From contig CAVEOF010000006.1 in the NCBI GenBank assembly GCA_963617165.1, positions 1-63,442 of the forward strand: 63,442 nucleotides of DNA, in the 5' to 3' direction. The notes beneath the pieces are model-generated. The model did not search any database. It was not told the DNA's origin and saw nothing but the letters and a program-made list of their open reading frames with translations. Position numbers and translations under genes: made by a program. Positions 53,865 through 62,400 of this stretch are shown here, one piece after another. This DNA comes from Coriobacteriaceae bacterium (GTDB lineage Bacteria > Bacillota > Clostridia > Oscillospirales > CAG-272). How positions within the stretch are numbered: the stretch's first letter is position 1; each line of letters begins with the position of its first letter.

Positions 53865-53880
53865 TGTAAAAATATGTACC

Positions 53881-53909
53881 ATTATACAGAAAAGTGAAGG
53901 GTTTGTCAA
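53881..53909 (-). promoter_or_regulatory. Sigma-70 promoter of the citrate synthase-gntR-acn-icd operon
   Basis: Minus strand reads TTGACA-17 nt-TATAAT. Confidence 0.7.
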
Positions 53910-54158
53910 GAGGAAAGCGTGAAAAAAACGAAAAAAACGAAGAAAAATGCGTTTTTGCCAATAAAATGCGCTTACGCTTTTCGCGACGGAGCGTTCGCCC
54001 CTGCCGCCTTTCGGAAGCTTATGTCTCTTGTTTTTTCGAAAGAGCCGTTCTTCGCCGCTTGCCTTTCCGAAGGCGCACGGGTCTGCCCGTCCTTCGGAAA
54101 AATCGTCGGGTTCTACGGATCGGCGATATTTTTTGTGTCGGGTCTCTTCTTTTTTGGC

Positions 54159-54187
54159 TTGAAATTCCCGAGGGTATGTGATATAAT
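54159..54187 (+). promoter_or_regulatory. Sigma-70 promoter about 285 nt upstream of the MFS gene
   Basis: TTGAAA-17 nt-TATAAT. Confidence 0.6.
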
Positions 54188-54202
54188 AACATTACACGGC
54201 TT

Positions 54203-54312
54203 ACAAAAATAAATTTTTGTATTGCATTCGCAATATGTTCTTTGCGAAACGCAAAGAACAGCCGTTCGTTGAAATATGGCGTGAAAAAGTCCTTGCAAGC
54301 AAACTTTTTCAC
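54203..54312 (+). promoter_or_regulatory. Cluster of four perfect inverted repeats in the MFS leader
   Basis: ACAAAAAT-aa-ATTTTTGT; ATTGC-attc-GCAAT; GTTCTTTGCG-aaa-CGCAAAGAAC; GTGAAAAAGT-12 nt-ACTTTTTCAC. Confidence 0.5.
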
Positions 54313-54473
54313 TTATATGATAAAGGTACATTTTTTCGCGCAGGCGCTCGGGCTACCGCTTTTGCTCCTGCGGATGTTTCCGGATCGGGAAACCTGTGAA
54401 AAGGTGCGGTGCGCTCCCACGCATGACGCGCGAAGCGCTCCCGCCTTCTCCCGTCCTATCCGAAGGAGGATAC

Positions 54474-55859
54474 ATGCAAGACACAGAGACAAGCGCAAAA
54501 ACCGCCGCAACAGATATTGCGGCAGGTGCGGAGCCGTCGGCATCGGCGCCGTCCGACAGCACGGGAACGGCGGTTCCTGCCGACGGGACGGAGGCGCCTG
54601 CATCGACCGATGAGGTGGCAGCGCAGCTCGCAGGGGCGGGCGCGACCGTCGCCTCTCTTCGCAAGAAGGATCTCACCATCGGCTCTCTTTGCTTTTTGGC
54701 ATACACCGCGTGCTATATCGGGAAGAACATCCTGAGCTCCCTCATGCCCTCGATCTTGGAGGAGCTGCCCGAGAGTGCGGGTGCGCTCGGCACCATGACG
54801 AGCGTCTTCCTTCTGACCTACGGCATCGGTCAGCTCATCAACGGACTCGTCGGCAATTTTCTGCCTGCGAAATGGATGGTCTTCATCGGACTCTTTTTGA
54901 GCGGCGGGATCCTTTCCTTTTTACCGGCGGTGGGACTCGGAACGCTCGGGTGCGTTCTGTTCGGCATCTCGGGCTTCTTTGCCTCCATGCTGTACGGTCC
55001 GATCTCCGCCCTGATCGGAGAAAACACCGAGGACAAGGCGGCAAAGGCGATCCTCACCTTACTGAACATCGCCTCGCTCCTCGGCACTCTCGTCACCTAT
55101 CTGCTCGCCTTCTTCGCCGCGATCTCTTCGGCGTGGCGTCCCTTCTTCTCGCTTGCGGGAATTCTCATGCTTGCCATTGCGTTCGTATGGCTCCCCGTCT
55201 GCACCTATATGGAGCGCACGGGCATGATCGTACGCAGAAAAAAGCAGGCGAGCGCCGCGCGGGGAGGGCATCTCCGATGCGGGATCCTGTCCGTCGCCTT
55301 TCTCTCCATGGTGATCGTCAACATGCTGAACGGTATCATCCGAAACGCGACCTCCCTCTGGGTCCCGACCTTCCTCAATACCTATCTCGGCTTTTCTACC
55401 GCGGAGACCTCCCTGATCTCCTCCGTGCTCCCCATCATCTCCATCGTCGGCACCTTCCTTTCTCTTGCGATCCTCCGCTTCTTCCGTTATGACGAAAAGA
55501 TAGAGTGTCTCGCGCTCTTTCTTCTCGCCGCGCTTTGCTTTGCGACGGTCCTGCTCGTCGGCACGGCGGCAAGGCTCCTGACGCTTGCCGCGCTCTTCCT
55601 CGCCATGGCTGCCATGTACGGCGCCAGCAACATGATCTTCAGCGTATACGTGCTCCGCTTCCGCGACTTCGGCATCATCTCGGGCATGAGCGGATTTTTC
55701 GACTTTGCCTCCTACATGTCCGCCTCCGCCGCGAGCTTTCTCTTCTCCGCTCTCTTCGAGGTCGGGAACCTCTCGGGCATCGTCTTGACATGGACGCTTT
55801 CCTGCACGGCGGGCGTTCTCTTCTCCTTCGTCGCCAAGGTCTCCGAGAAAAAGAAATAA
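54474..55859 (+). CDS. MFS transporter with Ala/Thr-rich N-terminal extension
   Basis: GAAGGAGGA RBS before the ATG at 54474. About 12 TM segments after a ~55-aa low-complexity N-terminus. Confidence 0.85.
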   Translation: MQDTETSAKTAATDIAAGAEPSASAPSDSTGTAVPADGTEAPASTDEVAAQLAGAGATVASLRKKDLTIGSLCFLAYTACYIGKNILSSLMPSILEELPESAGALGTMTSVFLLTYGIGQLINGLVGNFLPAKWMVFIGLFLSGGILSFLPAVGLGTLGCVLFGISGFFASMLYGPISALIGENTEDKAAKAILTLLNIASLLGTLVTYLLAFFAAISSAWRPFFSLAGILMLAIAFVWLPVCTYMERTGMIVRRKKQASAARGGHLRCGILSVAFLSMVIVNMLNGIIRNATSLWVPTFLNTYLGFSTAETSLISSVLPIISIVGTFLSLAILRFFRYDEKIECLALFLLAALCFATVLLVGTAARLLTLAALFLAMAAMYGASNMIFSVYVLRFRDFGIISGMSGFFDFASYMSASAASFLFSALFEVGNLSGIVLTWTLSCTAGVLFSFVAKVSEKKK

Positions 55860-55883
55860 GCAAAAGCGCTTCTCATGATACCA

Positions 55884-55932
55884 AAAAAACGCTTATTATG
55901 CAAATCTTTCTTTGCATAATAAGCGTTTTTTG
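55884..55932 (+). terminator. Intrinsic terminator of the MFS gene
   Basis: AAAACGCTTATTATGCAAA-tctttc-TTTGCATAATAAGCGTTTT followed by TTTG. Confidence 0.85.
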
Positions 55933-56156
55933 TTTTTCTCCGTTCTTGTGAAAAACACGAGCGGAGATTTTTGAAAGAGGCTTGATCGAAGCGTGCGAAG
56001 TGCCACAGTGTCAGTCTCTCCCCCCTCTCCGCGTTTTTGCGGGGAGAGGGTTCAGAGGGATTCCCGTGAAGCCTTAATTATAGGTCAGCTCCCAGATGCG
56101 GGAGAGAAGTCCGTTGTAGGGAGAGCGCTCCGGCTCGGGCGTCATACCGGATTCTT

Positions 56157-56915
56157 TTAAGACGTCCTTATCTTTTGCGTTTCACCGCCGAACATTGAAA
56201 AGACTTGCTTTCGGTATTCTTCTGTATTGAACATTTCGTATTCGGGGTGCGGCTCGCGCTCGGTTTCGTCCACCTTTACGTCATCCATTTTGTCAAGACG
56301 ATAGGTTACGAGGTCGTTGTGTCCGTTGGAAAAACAAAGCAAATAATAGTTATCTTTGTTCCATACCATATAGGCGGGACTGACGATATAACGCTTTCCG
56401 TTCTTCCGATAAATCTTTTTATGCTTTTCGTCGTAATCGAAATACAAAAAGGATATTTTCTTGTTTTCGTCAATCGCTCTTTCAATGGTATCCACGTTGT
56501 ATATCAGCGAGCAACTGCCTTTTCTGCCTTTATCCGGCGAAACAATGTGTTTTGAAACGCTTTCCGCTCGGTGCAAACAAAGCGTTTCCGCAAGTCTGTC
56601 GACAAGCGCTTTCTTTTGCGTAGCCGAGAGTTTCGACGCATTGATACTGTCGGCAATCATAACGACTTCCGCCGTTTCGAGAATGCGGTTTACGACGTAA
56701 TAGTAAGTATATTTCTTTTTATATGACAAAACTTCATAACCGAATTCGTTGAGCGTGGCAATATCGTCCGCAATCACCCTGCGGATTACGCCGATACCTT
56801 TCTTTTCGAGTTCCGCGCGGAGTTCATCGGCATTCATCGCGTGATTTTCGTCGGTATGTTTACAGAGTATATCCCACCGCACAAGCAATTTGATTTTGTT
56901 GTTCTCGTTTGCCAT
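56157..56915 (-). CDS. HTH-WYL domain transcriptional regulator, apparently truncated at the C-terminus
   Basis: N-terminal wHTH, then a WYL region (ISFLYFDYD...YIVSPAYMVWNKDNYYLLCF...YRLDKM). The ORF stops 10 aa after the FGGE motif, where family members normally continue ~60 aa. Low G+C. Start taken at MANENN (56915). Confidence 0.7.
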   Translation of the reverse strand: MANENNKIKLLVRWDILCKHTDENHAMNADELRAELEKKGIGVIRRVIADDIATLNEFGYEVLSYKKKYTYYYVVNRILETAEVVMIADSINASKLSATQKKALVDRLAETLCLHRAESVSKHIVSPDKGRKGSCSLIYNVDTIERAIDENKKISFLYFDYDEKHKKIYRKNGKRYIVSPAYMVWNKDNYYLLCFSNGHNDLVTYRLDKMDDVKVDETEREPHPEYEMFNTEEYRKQVFSMFGGETQKIRTS

Positions 56916-57037
56916 ATTCTCTCCGATTGTAGTATGAGAGCCGTCCGTCATATGGCGAACGGCTCTTTGTGAGATGGATTGTTTACTATCGCAAATTATT
57001 TGTCAAAGTTATATCACCAATCGATTTTCGTTCGGGT

Positions 57038-59338
57038 TTATTGCTCCGCAGAGTCAAGCGTTATCCACAGAGCAGGTACGATTCCGCCGGGGGAGGCGTT
57101 CATTTGAGCAATTTGACCGTAGTAATCGCCGGAGGTGCCATACCTATAAACGTAGTAGGTTGCCAGTCCTTTGTTTCCCTCGAAACTCGGCGAACGGGTG
57201 AACCAATCCAAAGAAGGTTGCCCTTGGAATTTTGCATAGTCCGTCGATTCTATCTTCCTTGCGATGTCGGTGCCTGCGCTTTCGGAAAAACCGTAGGCTT
57301 TGTTGGTTATATCCTGCAAGGACAGCAGGAACACCTTATCGTACGTATTGTTGCATTGATCTGCATAGCGGTTTTCCCCGTTGTTGTAATACGTCGAGTT
57401 GCTGCTTAAATTGGCGCTTCTCGCGCTGTTGTCCACAAGCGTTGTCCGGACGATTTCCTTTTGCAGGTCGTTGAACACCGTGTTGTAGAAAGTGTCGTTC
57501 AGCCACTTGCGGATAAAGGTGTATTCCCAGTTGTTGGCGTAAGTGCCTTCGGGGACGCCTTCGTCCGTGTTGAAATACTCCATGATTCCGTTGTTGTTTA
57601 CATACTCGTAATCGAGATGGAGTTTGTTGAAGTCCAGCGAAAGTTCGCTCATCAAAAATGCCGAAGTAGAGGTTGCGGTCAGAATTCGCCACTTGATCGG
57701 CTCGAATCTGAACCAATATGCCTGACCGTTGCTATAACCGTTACGATATTGCCATGAATAGCAATCTACAGAGCCTACGGTTCTGAAGTCTTTTAATTTG
57801 ATGCCGCGGTATTTGACGCCGTTGTAGATAACGTCTTTATACCATATCCATTCCGCACCCTCGTGGTTAAGCCAATTGTTCGGATTTTCATAATACGGAT
57901 AATCCGGATATTTGCCCGCGATTTCCAAAAGTTTGGCGGTGATTGTTTCGTCTTTTTCGCAGGTCTGCATCCAGTAGCCGAAATAGATATAGTTGCCGTC
58001 ACGCGTGTATTTTACGGGATTGTTTGCCTCGCAAGTGATACAGACGTCGCAAACAAAACTGTGTTTGCCGTTGGCGGGGATTTCCACTTTGGTGGTATAG
58101 TCGCAACCGACGCGCTTGCAGGTGTCGTATTCGGCGTATCCCGGTAAACAGTCGGCATCTTTCCCTTCGTGATGTTCGAGATTATGCCCCGTCGCCTTCC
58201 ATATATTGCTTTCCGTGTTGGACGTATAGTCGCAACGGGAACAGGTTTTGTACTCTTTCCAATTTCCGTCTTCCGTGCAGGTGGGATAGGTCATGGGGTG
58301 TGTTACGTAATCGTGCCCGAGAGATCTGAGCAGTTTATAATTGAAATTCTCCTTGCAACCGTCGTTGGTACATTCTTCGTGTTCTTCGTATCCCCACTCG
58401 GTGCAGGTCGGCTCTTTTCTCGGAACGGTTTGCATATTGTGCCCCGTGGCGGAGAGTTCTTCGTAGCCCTCGGTTTTTCCGCAACCGTTTACGCAACGCT
58501 TGTATGCTTTGTATCCGCTTTCCGTACAAGTCGGAGCCTTTGCCTCTATATCGCGCATTTCATGTCCCGTTGTGGGGATTTCCGTCTGCTCGGTATAGGT
58601 ACAGCCTGCGTTAAAACACTTTTTGCCGTGGGTAAGCCCCGTTTCTTCGCAACGCGCGTCGTAGCCTTTGACGTCTCTCAAATCGTGCTCGGCAAGTTCG
58701 CCGTATTCAAACGTTTCTCTGCCCAATTCGCCGCAAGTTTTGCAAACGAGACGATACACCGCCTTTCTTGTGCAGGTCGCTTCGTCAACGAGATTGTTTT
58801 CCGTCACTTTTTCGGTATAAACGTGAACGTGCGGTTCGTCGGGGTTTACCGCGCCCGCAACGATAAAATAGGAAAAACTTTCCGTTTCAAAGGATATTTT
58901 GTCGCCGTCAAGGGTGGTTGTAAGTTCCTCAACCGTATTGTCGCTCTTGACGTGATAGGTAACGTAACCGCTCTCGGAATAGAACGGCTTTTGCATCGTA
59001 ACCTTGACTTTTCCGCTCGGCTGTACCTTTGCGCCGTCTTTCATAACGGAAATGTCGAACACGGCGACTTTCGTTTCGTCGTATGATTTGTCCGCAATCT
59101 TGCTAAGCGCGGCTTTGCCGTTTTCACTGTCCGCATCTTCGGTTTTGACTTCCAGCGTTGCGCCTTGTTCAAACTCACCGCTTACCGTAACGCCGCTGTC
59201 TGCCGTCAGTTCTTTGACAATTTCGGTTTGTGTATTGCCCGTTTCGTTGCTACCTTTATCTCCGCACGCAACGAGCGTAAGGCTTAACACAACCGCAAGT
59301 GCGATTGCAAGCAGTAAGAAGGGGATTTTTCTTTTCAT
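57038..59338 (-). CDS. Secreted lipoprotein: Ig-like domain, six Cys3-His repeats, C-terminal DUF6273-like domain
   Basis: Lipobox LTLVAC. Six ~33-aa repeats of the form PTCTExGY-x5-C-x2-4-C-x11-14-GH. The C-terminal ~330 aa carry EPIKWRIL...IRKWLN...VFLLS...WFTRSP...PALW. Confidence 0.8.
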   Translation of the reverse strand: MKRKIPFLLLAIALAVVLSLTLVACGDKGSNETGNTQTEIVKELTADSGVTVSGEFEQGATLEVKTEDADSENGKAALSKIADKSYDETKVAVFDISVMKDGAKVQPSGKVKVTMQKPFYSESGYVTYHVKSDNTVEELTTTLDGDKISFETESFSYFIVAGAVNPDEPHVHVYTEKVTENNLVDEATCTRKAVYRLVCKTCGELGRETFEYGELAEHDLRDVKGYDARCEETGLTHGKKCFNAGCTYTEQTEIPTTGHEMRDIEAKAPTCTESGYKAYKRCVNGCGKTEGYEELSATGHNMQTVPRKEPTCTEWGYEEHEECTNDGCKENFNYKLLRSLGHDYVTHPMTYPTCTEDGNWKEYKTCSRCDYTSNTESNIWKATGHNLEHHEGKDADCLPGYAEYDTCKRVGCDYTTKVEIPANGKHSFVCDVCITCEANNPVKYTRDGNYIYFGYWMQTCEKDETITAKLLEIAGKYPDYPYYENPNNWLNHEGAEWIWYKDVIYNGVKYRGIKLKDFRTVGSVDCYSWQYRNGYSNGQAYWFRFEPIKWRILTATSTSAFLMSELSLDFNKLHLDYEYVNNNGIMEYFNTDEGVPEGTYANNWEYTFIRKWLNDTFYNTVFNDLQKEIVRTTLVDNSARSANLSSNSTYYNNGENRYADQCNNTYDKVFLLSLQDITNKAYGFSESAGTDIARKIESTDYAKFQGQPSLDWFTRSPSFEGNKGLATYYVYRYGTSGDYYGQIAQMNASPGGIVPALWITLDSAEQ

Positions 59339-59457
59339 AGCGTTTTACTCCTTTTTGTGTTTTCAATCGCAACCGCGACGTGAAAAAGTATTGTTCGGAA
59401 AGCCCGAAAGTCTGACGTTGAATCAAGGCTATCGGGCTTGGTGTTACCGATTATTTT

Positions 59458-62400
59458 TTATTTCTTTTTGAAAATACCTTTGATTGCGGCGATGAGGTCG
59501 GAGAATTTCTTTTTCTTTATTACAAACCAGAACAATGAGAATCCGCCAAGTCCTGCAACCGCAGTGCTGCCAACCGCGATACCCGCTATCGCTCCGCCCG
59601 AAAGTCCTTTCGGCTCTTCCTTGTCGATAGTAGGTTCGGTAGGATCTGTCGGGTCAGTCGGATCGACAGGCTCAACCGGATCGACAGGGTCAACGGCTTT
59701 ATCCGCATACACCGCCGTGAGATTGACCTCACCCGATACGGTGAATTTATACTCAACGTCCGTTGAAACAATATTGCCGCTTGCGTCCTGCCAGCCCTTG
59801 AACTCTTTGCCTTCGGGCGCGTCGTTCGCCTTTACGGTGACTTCATCGCCGATTTTGTAACTGCCTTCGCCGCTACCGCCGTTGACTGTTACGATTGCCG
59901 AGCCTATTTTGGCAATTACGATGTTTGAAATCTCGTTGCCGTCCTTGTCGAAGTGCTTACCGCAAACGGTGCAGTCCTTATGCGCTTTCACGCCCTCGGT
60001 ATCCGCCGTAGGTGCGACTTCTTCTTTCCACTCTCCGAACGTGTGCGCAACGTAGTCAATCTCGACTTCGCGCGTTTGCGTTGCAAAGGCGGAGTTTGCA
60101 AAGGTCGCCGTATAACGCATTTTGCCTTTTTCCGTGCAGGTTGCAGCCGTTACAATCGCACCGCTTGCCGTAACCGTTTCGGATTCCTTGTGCGTGCCGT
60201 CGTTTGCGCAAACTCTTTCCGCTTTGCAGACGTTGTTTTCCCAAGTGTAAGTCGGCGCTCCGTAGTTGTGTCCCAATACGTTTCCGTATTCTTTTCCGCA
60301 AACTTCGCAAACGGCTTTATGTTCGCAAGTCGCTTTTCCGCCGGAGTGGGCTGCTTTGTCCAAAATTTCCGAACAACCGCTGTAAGTACACTTGTGATAG
60401 TGGTACGTTCCGTCCGCCGAATTATGCCACTCGCTGTCCGCCGTATGCTCGTAATGTCCTGCGGGAGCGATTACATAACCGCACTTTGTGCATTTCTTGT
60501 CGTGTGCCTCGTCCGCTTTGTCTCTGTCCGGCGTATGCGCTTCAAAATTCAATTTGTTGGCGCAAGTCGAGCAAGTGTCCCAGTGTCCCGAACCGTCTTT
60601 TCCGCCGTACTGCGTTGTGGTATGCTCTTTTGTTGTTCCGTAAGTGGTTCTGCACACGTCGCAAACAGCCTTTTCAGTGCAGGTTGCCGTTCCACCGGAG
60701 CAGTTGACAGTTTCTTTATGTTCGGCATTCCTCTTGCAGGTGCGGGAGTGCGTATCGTTTCCGTTGCTTACCCAAGCATTCCAGTCGTGTGCGGTATCGT
60801 CGATTGAGATTTCAAGTGCGTCTTTCGTGGTTTCAGACATGCTTTCGTCAAAATACTTACCGCATTCCTCGCAATGATAATGCGCATACCAACCCTTTTC
60901 CGTGCAAGTGGCTTCTTTTTTCGGAATCAACGTGCCGTAGGTGTGTGCATGTTCCGCCGCTGTGAACGTGCAGTAGATCGCCCTCAATTCCGTATTTGTT
61001 GAGGCTGTTTCGTTGGTTGCTGTGGTTCCGTTTATTTTATACGTTCTGCCTGTTTCATTTGCTTCGGCGAAAATATAACCGTAATTTGCCTTTACCAGCA
61101 CCATGACGGTATATTGTTCCCCCGCAACGAATTTATCGGTTTCGATGTTCATCACAGAACCGTCTCTCCCGCCCTTGAACCAGCCCACGCCGAATACTCT
61201 GTATTTATCGGTGTCTGCGGCATCTACCGTAGCCGTTTCGAGCGGAGCATTCCCTGCCACGGGAGGATCTACCGTAAGCGATACGCTCTCTATGTTCGTA
61301 GGTGTTGTTGCAGTGAAGGTGCAGTAAATAAGTTTTGATTTCACCTCGGTTGCGACCGTGTCGTTGGCTGCTGTGGTTCCGTTTATTTTATACGTTCTGC
61401 TTGCTTCATTTGCTTCGGCAAAAATATATCCGTCTTTTGCCCCTACTTTGAGTGCGACGGTGTATTGTTCCCCTGCAACGAATTTTGCGCTTTCGGTCAT
61501 CAAAGTGACACCTAGCCCTGCGCCCTTATACCAGCCAAAAACTTTCACCACTTCGTACTTGTCTGTATCTGCGACGTCTACCGTAGCAGTATTAGACGGC
61601 GCATAGCCATCAACGGGTTTATCTACCGTAACGGAAACGGCAGAGATATTGTCGGTTACTAAAAACGTGTAATAAATAACGCAAGTATCGGTTTCTTTGT
61701 CACTGTTACCCCTTTTTGCGGATTGGTTGTTTATATAAAAAAGTTTTTCGGTCCCCGGTGTAAATTCATATTCGTCTTTTGCTTTTAATGCGACTAAAAC
61801 GGTATAATATTTTCCGACTTCAAAAACGTCCTCGTCCGTCATAATAGCATTCAAATCCAAGTCAGCACTTTTACACCAAATAGCATCGCCAATCTGCTCG
61901 TATTGCTGTTGATACACGGCAGGGACTGTTGCCGTTTTATCTCGGCTTTCTCCTACCTTGGGCACGGTAACTGTAGCGGAAACTGTATAAATCGGGTTAT
62001 TGCTCACCTCGAAACTGCAATAAAATTCGCAGGCTTCTTCGTCGGTATCGGCATTCAGTCGTGTTGCGGCGTTTCCGTTTATCGTCAACGTCCTCGCCGT
62101 GTTGCCCGCTTTGAATTTATATCCGGCGCTTTTGGGAGCAACCGCTACGACGGCGATATAGGTTTGACCTTTTACAAACTTCTCCGACGTAGTCATTAAG
62201 TTTCCGTCTGCCACGGAACCCTTATACCATTTTAATGAAGCAAGGGTAACGTTATCGCTTGCAAAGGTTGCCGTCGTCGAAGGCGTTCTGTTGACGTAAG
62301 GCAACGTAACGGTTGCTTCAACGCTTTCAATATCATGCCTCGTCACAACGTAAATATCGTCTTCTATATAACTTTGATTGTAATCGACAGGCAACCAACC

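Noticed and set aside
53919-54212. 97-aa plus-strand ORF (GTG start) in the citrate-synthase/MFS intergenic region
   Set aside because: It is built largely from GCTTGCG-family repeat sequence and runs through the MFS promoter. It has a weak RBS and no recognisable homology.
56074-56145. Independent 23-aa gene MTPEPERSPYNGLLSRIWELTYN
   Set aside because: There is no RBS. Its GC-rich composition contrasts with the adjacent island, and the frame stays open upstream without a start codon. It is better explained as the 3' remnant of a disrupted host gene (reported under the island-junction finding).
57038-57200. Diversity-generating retroelement variable region at the C-terminus of the lipoprotein (Tyr/Gly/Ser-rich YYVYRYGTSGDYYGQ)
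   Set aside because: No template-repeat copy and no reverse transcriptase are adjacent within the window. The only RT-related element is the unrelated group II intron fragment 57 kb away.
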